Positions 12,401 to 24,888 of a stretch of 64,000 bases of DNA are shown in pieces; position 1 is the stretch's first letter; every line of letters starts with the position of its first letter. The translations under genes were made by a program, and so were the position numbers. The stretch is taken from positions 77,812,001 to 77,876,000 of the forward strand of contig NW_024704743.1 of assembly GCF_018977255.1 (NCBI RefSeq), in the 5' to 3' direction. The notes under the pieces are model-generated. The model saw only the letters and a program-made list of their open reading frames with translations. It ran no database searches and was not told where the DNA came from. The DNA comes from Callorhinchus milii. Taxonomy: Eukaryota.

Positions 12401-13016
12401 ACAACAACAACAACAAGATTTCATTTATAGAGCGCCATTCACGTCGGGAGGACGTCCCAAGGCGCTGGACAGTTGGGTCAGGACCTTGAAGGTTGAGGTG
12501 GGAGGACAAGCGGTGGAGGAGGATAGCGTGGTCGACCGTATCGAATGCGGCTGATAGGTCGAGGAGGATGAGGAGGCAGAGGGAGCCCTGGTCGCAGATG
12601 GTCAAGATGTCATTAGTGACCTTGACCAGGACGGTTTCTGTGCTATGGGCAGCACGGAAACCCGACTGAAGGGGTTCGAATAATGCATGGGTGGAGAGGA
12701 AAGAGCACAGCTGGGAGACGACAACTCTTTCAAGGACCTTGGACAGGAAGGCGAGGTTGAAGATGGGCCGGTAGCTTGATAGCTGCGATGCATCAAGGGA
12801 GGGTTTTTTCAAAGTGGGAGTGATGGTGGCAGTTTTTAGGGAAATGGGAACAGATCCAGAGGAGAGGGACAGGTTGATGATGTCTGTGAGAAGTGGGGCA
12901 AGGAGGTGGAGCTGAGAGATAAGGAGTGGAGTGGGGATGGGGTCAAGGGAGCAGGTGCTGGGTTTCAGGGACAGGATGAGGTTGGTGACAGAGGGTGGGG
13001 AAACGGGTTCGAAGGT
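12401..13016 (-). mobile_element. L2 LINE fragment: RT N-terminal part fused directly to the 3' tail
   Basis: ORF 12384..12812 has RT motifs (YRPI.NL.FLSKVLE, QSGFR..HSTET, LLDLSAAFDTVDH) and then runs into the tail and (TTG)n. Confidence 0.92.
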
Positions 13017-13096
13017 ATATAATCGATCAGTCTGTTCTCACTGTAGATCTGGACAGTTCTAGCAGAAGTTTATAGCCAGCAGTTCTCAACTTATTC

Positions 13097-13545
13097 CTCA
13101 CTAAGCCAGTCAGGAACCTGGGTATCTTGTTGGACCGTGAACTGTTCTTTCTCCCCCACATCCGCGCCATGACCGGTACTGCCTATCACCACCTCCGCAA
13201 CATTACCAGACTCATCCACTGCCTCACCCTTCAGGCTGCTGAAACCTTCACCCACGCATTTGTCACATCAAGGCTCGACTACAGGAACTCCCTCCTCATC
13301 AGCCTTCCCAACTCTTCCTTTCACAAGCTGCAGATCATCTAAAACTCTACAGCTCGTGTATTCTCACACACCAGGCTCTGCAACCCCATCACTCCCACCA
13401 TCGCCCATCTCCACTGGGCCCCCCATCCCTCAGAGGATCAAATTCAAGATCCTCGTCCTTACTTTCAAGGCCAATCATGACCTTGCCCCCTCCTACCTCT
13501 CTGACTTGCTGACTCCCTACCATCCTGCCCGCTCCCTCCGTTCAG
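13097..13545 (+). mobile_element. L2 LINE ORF2 C-terminal fragment
   Basis: HAFVTSRLDY.NSLL and QRIKFKILVLTFKA motifs, with stop and frameshift. Confidence 0.9.
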
Positions 13546-14720
13546 TCCTGGATGAGAGCTAACTTTCTTCAGTTGAATGTCAACAAGACCGAGGCTCTCC
13601 TGATTGGCCCCTTCAGCGCGTCCACACCTCAGGCACTGACAGCATCACCATCCATGGTTGCACACTCCACCTTGCTAAGCCAGTCCAGAACCTTGGAGTC
13701 TTGTTTGTACCCTCAACTATCTTTTCTGCAACACATCTGTGCCATGACCTGCTCTGCCTTCCCCACCTCCGCAACATCGCCAACTCTGCCACTGTCTCAC
13801 TCCACAGGCTGCCGACACCTTCATTCACACTTTCATTACATCCAGGCTTGATTATGCAAACTCCTTGCTTGTCGGTCTCCCCAACTCCTCCCTCCATAGG
13901 CTGCAGATCATCCGGAACTCTGGAGCCTGTGTCCTTTCCCTCAACAGACTCCGTGACCCGATCACTCCCATCCTCGCCCGAGTCCACCGGCTTCCCATCA
14001 CACAGAGGATACAGTTCAAGATCCTGGTCCTCACCTTCAAAGCCCTCCATGGTCTTGCTACCCCCTACCTCTGTGACCTCCTAACCCCCTACCATGCTGC
14101 TCGTTCCCTCTGCTCAGCGGGCTCCAGTTTGTTTGATGTCCCCGACTCGCTCGCCCCACTATTGCCCCCACCCTCTTGAACTCCATCCCACAGTCCCTCT
14201 GCCTCACCTCCTCCCTTGCCTCCTTCAAGACCCATCTCAAGACCCTCCTCTTCGACCATGCTTTCGATCTCCCTGTTTCCCCCCTGCCCTCCACCCTCCC
14301 CGATCCCGACCCACAGCTTGGGTCCGAAACTCTGTCTGCCCAGCGCCTTGGGACATCCTCCCAACATGAAAGGCGTTATACAGGAGTCCTGCAGCTCAAT
14401 GGTTAATGCACTCGCCTCGCAAGCGAAACACCTGGGTTCAATTCCAGGCAGGACGAAACCTTGGACAAGTTTCCTTACTCCACACGCCTAATAATAATCC
14501 CTCCAAAACAAAACAATAATAAATTGGTCATTTTCAATCCACGACTGTTTGTGGGACACTGCTGTGCGCAATTGGCTGCCACGTTTCGCCCGCAAATATA
14601 CAGTCAATTCACTTTACAGTCTATTCTGTGAAGCGCTTTGAGACGTCGAGAAGATGTTAAAAGTGCTATATCAAATGCAAGGATTATTATTATTACAGGT
14701 GTAATTTTGTTGTTCTTCTT
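13546..14720 (+). mobile_element. L2 LINE 3' portion with tail, interrupted by SINE at 14383-14695
   Basis: WMRANFLQLNVNKTEALLIG and QRIQFKILVLTFKALHGLA motifs. The tail 'gcgccttgggacatcctcccaacatgaaaggcg' resumes as 'tgtaattttgttgtt' after the SINE. Confidence 0.9.
14383..14695 (+). mobile_element. Full-length SINE2-1_CM-like SINE
   Basis: tRNA-like head with A/B boxes (GGTTCAATTCC), Deu-like core, L2-like tail, (TTA)n, and TACAGG duplication at both ends. Confidence 0.92.
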
Positions 14721-15914
14721 GCTGTATGTTTTATATTTATACTTTTCGAGAATCCATCTATCTCGTTCGTGAATCCCTCAGTTATTTTCTTCCTGGGCAA
14801 CTTCACTCTAAATTTGTGTATGTGTCACTCTCTGAGAAGAAGTTCATCCTTGTCTTAGTCTTAACACTTGTTTTTTTTACTATAAGATACTTGTAAGTAA
14901 TTGAATGTCTTGCCAGGGAAAAACACAGCTCCTGTTTATATTAACAAACTATTCATAACCCTGAGCACCTTAATCCCAGAGATAAAATGTGTCATTTATT
15001 TCATGGCTGTTTGTGGGACAATGCTGTGCTCAAATTGACTGTAGAATTCAACTACAAATACACAGTCACTGCACTTTAAAATAAATCCTGTGAAGCGCTT
15101 TGAGATGTTCTCCTGATGCAAAAGGCACAGCATCAAATGTAAGAATTATTTTTATAATTCTCGTGGGGAAGGACCCATAGCTCAGCCGGGTAAATGCATA
15201 TATATTTAGCCTCAGATTTTTAAATAAGAGGGCATCTTTGAATAAAATACTATACATTAATCCCAAATTTAAACACAATTGTAAATAAGGCTGCACTACA
15301 CAAATATAAGAGCAGGATTTTGCAAATAATTGTAGATTCAAATATGAACCATATTTATTTTGAGAATGTTTAGCATAAGAGGTGTCAATAATTTTTGCTT
15401 TTACAGTATAATTCCTAGAGGCTGATCTGTGAAGCTTTTAAAATATCATTGGACATTAAACAGTACAATTGGCACCAGACTGAAGGGTCTGAAGCCAAAG
15501 CCACCATCCATTGTGCTATTCTCAATGATGCCAAAAAGCACTGTGCCTATGGTTTGTGAAATAAAAGTAAATAAACATAAAGCAGCTCAAGGAAAATTGG
15601 TAGCCTGCCAATCACTGCCTTGTATCAACTGACAGCAGGCAAGTCAGTGAAGTCAGGAACTCCTCTCTAATTAGGCTGAAGTTTGAATCAGCAAAAGAAA
15701 TAGGCTATAATCTGGAGAGTGGGGACAGGGAACAGGCGACATTGCATGTTTTTGCATGTTTAATCCTTTGAATGTTGAATAACTTTTCAGTTTTCAAACA
15801 TGTTTTATAACTGTGCTTATGTAATATTACAATACACAATACAATATAAATTTATATTTAAATAGCACCTTTCACGTCAGCAGGATGTCTTAAGGCGCTT
15901 GACAGCAACACCAA

Positions 15915-16100
15915 ATTAGATTTGTGTCGCGCCCCTCACTTTGGAAAGACGTCCCAGGGCGTTGGCCATTCAGAGGTTTGGCACCTGAGCTGGGAGTTGG
16001 AGGAGTGGAGGGCAGGAGAGGAGGTGGTGGGAGGGTGGCCAAAGCAGACCTGGCTTGGCACCGAGCTGGAATTTGGAACTGAGAGGGGGTGGGGAGGGGA
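15915..16100 (-). mobile_element. L2 3' UTR and tail fragment
   Basis: Purine-rich on +, with 'cgcgccctcactttggaaagacgtcccagggcgt' as the reverse complement of the L2 tail. Confidence 0.6.
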
Positions 16101-16102
<2 letters not shown>

Positions 16103-16137
<35 letters not shown>

Positions 16138-16439
16138 CCTTGCATTTGATATAGCGCTTTTCACGTCGGGAGGACGTCCCAAAGCGCTTCACAGAACACA
16201 CTGTAAAGTGAATTGACTGTATATTTGTGGGCGAACGCGGCAGCCAATTGCGCACAGCAATGTCCCACAAACAGTCGTAGATTGAAAATGACCAATTTAA
16301 TTATTGTTTTTAGTTTTGGAGGGATTATTAGGCTCTGTGTGGAGTAAGGAAACTTGCCCAAGGTTTCGTCCTGCCTGGAATTGAACTCAGGTCTCTCACT
16401 TGCAAAGCGAGTGCTCTAACCACTGAGCTACAGGACTCC
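16103..16439 (-). mobile_element. Full-length SINE2-1_CM-like SINE
   Basis: Near-identical reverse complement of the copy at 25163-25479, with a long (TAA)n tail on +. Confidence 0.93.
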
Positions 16440-18434
16440 ATAATAATAATAACATTTAATTTATGCCTTATCATGTCACAGAAACTAGTACTGTATGCAA
16501 TGATAGAGGGACAGCTTGGCATGATTTCTGAGGATTTGAGCTTGCAAATTTGGCAATATAACTCAGGAACTTGTTTGGCTATCAAAAGATATATAAAAAA
16601 AATATTTGATATAGCATTTACAACATCAAACCACCTCAAAGCACCTCCACCCGCCCCCCCCCCACACAAACACACACACACACATATTCACATACACAGT
16701 TTTGGCTCTTGTGTGTTGAATGACCTTTTGGGTGAAGTACCAACGGAAGGCCAGTAACCCTTGGAACTGTATTCCAGCCTGAGTCCGAACATTCAGGGAT
16801 GAAAGAGGAGAATATTAAGGAAGGGGAAGTATTGTAGGAATATAAAATGCATAGAAATAAGGTTGTTTGAAAATTGAAAAGTGTTCCTGGAATAAATTGA
16901 ATAAAAACAAACGGGTAAAACACTGGGTGAAGCATTGCTACAAAGGGTTAAAATGGGATGAAAAACTGTATGAACTGGAGTGCATTTTTTTTGCAATTGG
17001 ACTATTAAAGGGTGCAAGATACTGCACCAAACTTCAAAAGGTTCATAATGCAGAGCTAAGCCCCTCCCTTGAAAGTCACATTCTGCGTTAATCCATGAAA
17101 CAAATGGACTCAACTTGTCTGAAGCTGGATTGTTTCATATCTAATATTTCCAGCTGCATATGTGTGTCTTTGTGTGTGAACTTCTTTTTCTGTTTCAAGT
17201 AATGAGCATGTGCACCTTTTTGCCTCAGGCCTTCATACACAATTTAGCCAGAAAGCCAAGGCTGATCATGATTTAGCTTTTGACATCTCCTGCCTTCAGG
17301 CCAAAGGAGACTAATACAGATTTCTGACTTCGAGCTCACTGCGAAAAAAAAGGCTTTTATTGACTAAATGATAAAGAGGTTTGTAATGATAAATAACAGT
17401 CATTTTATTCTGGAATTCCCAGAAAAGATGCAAGCTTCACGGTGTCCAGATGAGCATAAAGCCTGGGATGTTCCCAGTGGATCAGAATCCATTTAAGTTA
17501 CAATCTTCCTCTGCAGAAATAGAGGTCATGTATTGCATTAAGATCCCACTATTAATACTGCATAAACACGAAACATAATCGCTATTGTATCATTGCCAGT
17601 AGCATAAAGAGGATTACCAAACTATGCTTGTGGGCATGTCTCTCTAAGCACACTTTTCAAACACGGTCTTAATGCATTCACAACGAAGCTACGCTGAAAA
17701 CTTTGCCAAGTTTGATGGATCGTTTAATTGAAAACGTTAAGTACAATAATGGATAATTCTACTCCAGCCACCCATCACAAACATTTTGTCAAGAATTTGA
17801 AACATTTTAAGTGGACCTTGCGTTTTTCAAAATTAAAAACAAGTTGGGTAGCATTATTTTGTTTCTCCAGTGGATTTTGCAGTTCTATTCAGGACCACTG
17901 TATTTGGAGCTGCACCCTTTACTCTGGTATAGTGTGCATCTGTTCAGTGGGTTTAAAAAATGTACTGCTCTTGATAGCTTCAAAGATCACCAGAACAGGC
18001 TTGATGGGCTGAATGGCACCCTTCTCTTCTTGAAACTTTCTATAATTCAATGATTCATCATCCCACCATTCAGTAGTCTTTTTTGTTAAATAGATAAAAA
18101 TAAATTAGATCTATTTAAATTCTATTCAAAGGACAAATGTTGCCAGCTACTCACTTTGCAAGCATTAATTCTTTTAAATTTTTCACTTATTATAAATATG
18201 GAAATAATGCTTTGCAAGGGTCCTGTGTTTTTCCATTGTAACTATTTTCAATAGGTTCCTTTGTGTGCTGCACTTGGCTTTAGGCAGATTCGAGTTGAAT
18301 CCACTTTGTGAGAGATGAGTGCAGTTCTGCTCCAAAGAATTTAATCTGTCCCCTCTCCCCCCCCACCACCCCCGCACCATAATAGATGTGAATGTGAAAT
18401 GTAGACGCATAGATATTTTCAGCACAGGAGCTTG

Positions 18435-18770
18435 TCGATTCATTCCCTGGCACCTCACTACTTCTCCGACCTCCTCACTCCCCAATCCACCACCTGGCAA
18501 TTCCGCTCGACTGGCACCGGCCTCCTGCTTGTTCCTCACGCCTTTTCAACCACTGCACCCCAAAACTCTGGAACACTCTCCCTCAATCCCTCCACCTTGG
18601 CCCCTCTCTCCCCTCTTTCAAGTCCCACCTGAAAATTTTCCTCTTTGACTGTGCTTACAGCCACCTGCCCCCGGCTTGGAGTCAGGCTCCGCAACTGTTA
18701 AGTGCTCTGAGACGCTACCCTGCATGGAGGGCGCTATATAAGTGCAAGTTGTTGTTACTGTTGTTGTTGT
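18435..18770 (+). mobile_element. L2 3' end (subfamily with 'gagacgctaccctgcatggagggcgct' tail)
   Basis: SIHSLAPHYFSDLL motif; homologous to 56560-57115; (TTG)n tail. Confidence 0.85.
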
Positions 18771-21139
18771 CATTCAGCCCATCATATCTCCTCTATTCTT
18801 TACAAATTCCAAATTGATCACAAAAGACAAGGACTCAGTCAATCTTTCATTTGCACTGTGGTCAACACGTTTAGTAGATCTGAGTTTGGGTTTAACAAGC
18901 CAACAAGAATCAGCTTAAGTCAAACTGAAACTGCATTGCAGTATTTGTGCTGCCGGAAAGCTTGATTTACACTCCCATTCCGATCAAGTTGCTGGAGATG
19001 TAAAAACAAACTAATGTCCAATGTCACTCCTCTGTACTTTGCAACTAACAACAACTTCAACAATTTGCATTTATATAGCAACCTTCATGTGACTCAGCGT
19101 GCTTAGAGTGCTTAACTAGGCAGCTATTAGATTTTTTAAAATTTGACAGATCCTTTAATACATCAAAATATAACAATAATAATAATCCTTGCATTTGATA
19201 TAGTGCTTTTCACATCTTCTGGACCATAATTGAGTGTTCCATTGGATAGCGCCATGACTAGGGTCCTGCAGCATTCCAACACTCTAGGGTGAGAGGCACT
19301 TTATAAATCTAAATTGGTGCTGTTGTTGTCTAATCCATTGGATCACACATGCATAACCAGTTTAGCATGGCAAAGCTACTGTTATCTATACTGTGAAGGC
19401 GTACACTGATGCAGATACCACTTCCTCAAGCTGGTCTCAAAGTGGTCCAGGCAGTTACCTCCTGAGTGAATCATTTTTGTCTCAGGCTGATTAGCCAGGA
19501 TCGATACAGTATTGTACATGTCAAATTGCCACAACACAAGTCATAGCAAATCTCCATGAGCGCACAGTTTAAGTCCAGCACAAATTGGAACACATCTCAG
19601 GCTTACATTGACATTACATTGTCTCAAATAAGATGCAGTCATTTAGTTTTTGATGGGGATGTTTTGCTGGACTTTTGAAAAATGTGGTTTCCAGGTACTT
19701 TTAAAGAAGGTGAACGGTAGATTAGCAGCTAAAGTAAAAGTTTGTGACTTTGATGGGCCTTTGCTGTGTACGTGTTGTGAAGGCTCAGGTTTGTATTTTT
19801 AAATGTATGACTACATGAGAAGACAAATAAATCTCAATTCTAACATGATAGCACACCAAAAGATCTGTACAGAGGGATGGTGAAACTAAACATGCAATAA
19901 ACTGTATTGTTGGAAAAAGTGTGAATGGTTAAATTAGTTAAATCTTTTCTGCTAACTTTGTAATTCAATAGCTTTTTCATGTGCCACAGTCTTCTATATC
20001 ACAACCTCTCATCATATGTACATGAAATACAGCTCCATTCTAAGCACAGGAACAGTGGGGTGAAAAATATCATATGCAATGTGATTTTGCTCAGAACTCT
20101 GAAAAGTGCTATCCAAGCCTATGCTTACTAATACACAGTCACTCAATTTTACAGTATATCCTGTGAAGCACTTTGCAATGTCCTCCTGACATGAAAGGCT
20201 AAATGAAATGTAAGAAGGAGTATTATTATTATTGTATTATTATGTTGTTCTCAACATGTTTGGAAATGAAACACCCCTGCTGAAGTCCAGGCTGAACAGA
20301 ACACTGATCAAACTCTGAGTTATGCTGCTTTCTATGTGATTTTGTGCTGGAAGGCAGGAACAAAATTGCCAGCCCCCAGAGAACTCCACAAACATTACTC
20401 CAAACTTTCTGATAACTAAAGACAAGATTGAATTGGAGTTTTCAGTGATATTATAATTATTTCGTCATTAGGCACAATTTTCACCCCAGTATAAAATACT
20501 CTTGCTTTCAGAACACATCTTTGGTTCTTGGGGGGCTCACAACCAAGGCAACATGAGGTGACTCTCTGCTGTGTCCATCAAACTACCGTTATGCCACAGT
20601 GACAACAAATTATTCCAAATGCAATTCGGCTGAAAATCAATAACGATAAACATAGGCTTAGACAGTCCAAGGATGGACTCAGTTCATTGCCATTTTAATA
20701 GAGCACTGTAAGTAAAGGTTAATAAAGGTACATTTTTAATGTGCAATATTTCCAGTGCACTTTAACTGTAATGACCAAACTCAGTGAATACCTAGCAGCG
20801 ATTACAAGCCAGTAAAATAAATGAAGAGTTTGGATGATGTCACAAACTGTGAACAAAGCAAAAGCAGTTTATAACTGAAACTGGGATTAGATTGCAGTCT
20901 TTTAATCATTCCCTGGTATCTGTTCTTATATATAATGTATCCTGTTTCATTTTACGTGAGTTCTCTTTTAATTCTTCTTGTATTCCGTTTTGGTGCCAGC
21001 ATTTACAAGGCCCTCAGTGCCCTTGATGTGGGATAACACTCCCGAGCTACCATTGACATCTGAGATGTAATTACTGCAGGTTTGTTAAAAAAAATCTTCA
21101 GACAATTACTAGCCTAGTCTGTATTATGTACACTTAATG

Positions 21140-21670
21140 GATTTTAATGTGGGTAAACGTGAGGTAATGCATATTGGAATAAGAAATAGTTAAACGGATG
21201 CATGATGAGCTGCATCCATTAATTGAGGTGGAGAAGTAAAGGATTTGGGTGTGTTTATTGACCATTCACTGAAGATTTCCACTCAATGTGAAGTGTCTGT
21301 CAACAAAACTAATTAACAACTGTTAACAAAACTAACAAAACAAGTTAGATTGCATTTTGAGAGTGTTTTAGGGTAAGTCAATAGATGTACATTTCGAACG
21401 AGTTACAGAGTTACAGAGCAAGATTGTTTATAGCATGGGTTTATTGAAGTGAGAATGAGGTAGCAAAGGGAGCCTAGCCTGTTCGCAGACTCTTTGGATG
21501 TAGAGATAAGATACGTTCTCTCAGAAGAGTGGATACATTGCATAGATTCCAAATTAAAGTAGTGATTGTTGTGACTATTGACTCCTTTGAAGTATTTGCT
21601 TGAGAATCGTGTTGGAGAACATAGAGGTAGGTACAGACTGAGAAGAACAGAAACTCCTTAGGAAATCATG
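21140..21670 (+). mobile_element. Decayed CR1 LINE ORF2 3' fragment
   Basis: 'aatgtgggtaaacgtgaggtaatgcatattgga' (NVxKCEVMHxG) and 'aagggatttgggtgtg' (RDLGV). Confidence 0.6.
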
Positions 21671-22044
21671 ATTAAGAATAATAATAAGTCTTGCATTTGA
21701 TAAAGCGCCTTATCACGTTTTCGAGACATCTCAAAGAGCTTTTGTACCAATTTCAGCAACTTGGGACGTCCTCCCAACGTGAAAGGCACTTTAAAAATGT
21801 AATTTTGTTGTTGTTGTTGGTCCAGGAAAAGGTGAGGAGGTAATCTATGAAAGAAAAGTGGGGGTTGAATAATTGGGAAGTCCTCCTGACGTAAAAGGTG
21901 CTATACAAATGGAATTTTGTTGTTGTTATTGTAGTAGAGACATAGGGATGGATGAATATTCTGGAGTTTTCCTTGATTATTTGCAATGTTCCTAGAATAT
22001 CTATAGATGCTTTCTCTCAGTCATGTAAGATTCTTTCATTCAAT

Positions 22045-22690
22045 AGCAAAAGGACTTGGATTTGATTCCCAGGCAAAACAAAAAACAAAATCTTAGTCAA
22101 GTTTCCCTATTCCATTCGCCTACTTATCTAGCAGTAAGTAGGAAGCCGGTATTTACACAACTGGAGGATCACTTTCCAGGGGTAATAATCCCTCCAAAGA
22201 AAATATAATAATGTGGTCACTCAATCCATGACTGTTTGTGGGACAATGGTGTGCGCAATTGGCTGCCCTGTTTCACCGACAAAATCATAATAATAATCCT
22301 TGCATTTGATATAGCATTTTTCATGTCTTCTAGACGTCTCCAAGCGCTTCACAGAATATACTGCAAAGTGAATTGACTGCATTTTTGTGGGCGAAATGTG
22401 GCAGCCAATTGCGCACAGCAGTGTCCCACAATCAATCGTGGATTGAAGTGACCAAATTATTATGGTGTTTTTTCTTGAGGGATTATTATCAGGCGTGTGG
22501 AGTAAGGAAACTTGCCCAATGTTTTGCCCTGCCAAGAATTGAACCCAGGTCTCTAGTTTGTGAGGCGAGTACTCTAACCACTGAGCTGCAGGACTCCACA
22601 GTCACTACACTTTACAGTATATCCTGTGAAACTCTTTAAAATGTCTTGACGACATGATAAGGTGCTAATCAAATGAAGGATTATTATTGT
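22045..22690 (+). mobile_element. Older long-variant SINE2-1_CM-like element interrupted by a younger antisense SINE
   Basis: Head and core at 22045-22286; the 3' part and tail resume at 22598-22690. Carries an extra ~60-bp segment. Confidence 0.7.
22287..22597 (-). mobile_element. Full-length SINE2-1_CM-like SINE
   Basis: Reverse complement of head 'ggagtcctgcagctcagtggttagag' through core to (TTA)n tail. Confidence 0.9.
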
Positions 22691-24004
22691 GTATGATAGG
22701 GAAGGACTTGAGTGATGATGGGAAGAATAGGAATAATCAGCAGAATGGTCTTTTCTCATTCCACGATTCAAAATTTAAACCTTCAGCCCAGAAGACAGCC
22801 ATTCATCCCATTGATTCCGATCACTGCCACCTGTATTACTAAATTAGTCTCTCATTTTACTAATGCCATTTTCCAATATTTTCCCTAATATCCTCTGTTT
22901 TTCCAGTTCCCTTTTGAATCTACATTGATCCAGCCTCAGTAGTCACTTGTGGCAATTAATTCAAGACCCTAACAATCATTTGAGTGAAGACATTCCTGCT
23001 AACATTTTTTTAATATTCTTAATTTTTTTTAATAAAGGCAGCACAACCCAAGTTTGTTTTTTCACCTGAGTAGTATAACAACAGGAAAAGGTTCCCTGGT
23101 CAAATCGTAAAAATATTCAGAGTGATTGATAATAATAATCCTTACATTTGACATATCACCTTTCATGTTGGAAGGATGTCTTTACGCAATTCATAGGACT
23201 TACTGTGAAATGTAGTGACTATGTTCTGTGGGCAGACTTGGCAGCTTATTTGCCCACCACAATGGCCCATGAACAGCCACAAAATGAATGACCAGTATTA
23301 TTTTGAAAACAAGAATATGTTCTCATCCAAGGTTTCAAATGACATCTTAAACCCAGAAAACAAAGCAAAATGCAATTTGCAGTGATTTTTTTGCGATTTT
23401 CAGTGATAAACATCCTCCCAAAAAAAATCACTGCAGCACTGCAACCTCATCTATTATTCCTAGTCTATTCTCAACCATATTTCAGGAATATTTCAGGAAT
23501 GTCTTTTGACAGGGTTTGCGATGGCTGACATTGATCAGGCCTCTCATTCAGTAGTTGTGAGGTATCATCTTTGCTGAAATATGGTGATGCAATCCTCTCA
23601 TGGTAATCATAGTCTCGTATGTGTGACTCGCTGACAAATTGCACTGCTCAGGAGCAGGAGATGTCACAGGCAGAGGTACAGCCTTTATAACTGCTGAGGT
23701 GCTACCAATTCTGAGCTGGCCATGATGATACCTTCTTTCTGTTTGGCAGCATGCAGGAAGTAGTATAGAAGTAAAAGCATCTTTCACAGAAGATAATGTT
23801 GCATGTTGTTAATTACATTCACTGTCAACTTGAGAATAGCAGTGCTATTAGGTTTGTCATTTATTCTCTGAGACCGACAAAAGATCTGTAGCATAGACTG
23901 AACATAATCGTGTGAAAGAAAAAAACTGACAACACAACCACTGTATGCAGGAGCTGTACTTTGCGCTGCCTCAAGTATGTTAACTGTATATCACAAACTA
24001 TCCC

Positions 24005-24240
24005 AACCTTGGGCAAGTTTCCTTACTCTACATGCCTGATAATAATCCCTCAAGAAAAAAAAATTGGTCACTTCAATCCACGACTGTTTGTGGGACACTG
24101 CTGTACGCAATTAGCTGCCGCATTTCGCCCACAAATATACAGTCAATTTACTTTACAGTATATTCTGTGAAGCGCTTTGAGATGTCCAGAAGACGAGAAA
24201 AGCGCTATATCAAATGTAAGGATTATTATTATTATTATTA
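24005..24240 (+). mobile_element. 5'-truncated SINE2-1_CM-like SINE
   Basis: Starts at 'aaccttgggcaagtttccttactc' and includes core and (TTA)n tail. Confidence 0.9.
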
Positions 24241-24300
24241 CATCCTTGTCAATGTCATACAACCATGCCATGCTTCGGGCCCATCCATTGTTACATTGAT

Positions 24301-24576
24301 ATAATAATAATAATAATAATAATCCTTGCATTTGATAGAGGCGCTTTTCACGTCGGAAGGACGTCCCAAAGCGCTTCACAGAACACACTGTAAAGTGAAT
24401 TGACTGTATATTTGTGGGCGAACGCGGCAGCCAATTGCGCACAGCAATGTCCCACAAACAGTCATAGATTGAAAATGACTAATTTTATTATTGTTTTTGG
24501 TTTTGGAGGGATTATTATTAGGCGTGTGGAGTAAGGAAACTTGCCCAAGGTTTCGCCCTGCCTGGAATTGAACTCA
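24301..24576 (-). mobile_element. 5'-truncated SINE2-1_CM-like SINE
   Basis: Near-identical to 16103-16439; truncated just upstream of the B box. Confidence 0.92.
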
Positions 24577-24649
24577 TATATGCAGATACATAAAGGTCAA
24601 AACTGGTAGCCGTGCAATCCTTGAGTAAAGGGGTCTGGATGGTCATCCA

Positions 24650-24888
24650 GCTCTCATTAGAGACAGAGTTTAGAGCTGTAAAGGGCAATTTCAGGGTAGA
24701 CACCAAGAAGTTTTTCTTCATCCAGAGAATAATTAATAACAGGAAGGGTTACCAGGAAGGGTGGTTGAGGTCAGGACACTGGACTCTGTTAAAAAAGCAA
24801 CATGATGCTGTATCGGGAGAATATTCTGGAAAGGTGAGATCAGATGGGCTAGAGAGACCTTCTTCATCAAACCAATCTATCTTGTGAT
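24650..24888 (+). mobile_element. CR1 LINE 3' end
   Basis: KGNFRVDTKKFFFIQRIINN motif and CR1-type tail 'gatgggctagagagaccttcttcatc'. Confidence 0.8.

Noticed and set aside
15890..16270. Recurring ORFs with poly-Y/L/I/N tracts (also 24143-24457, 3908-4150)
   Set aside because: Translations of SINE bodies and (TTA)n tails.
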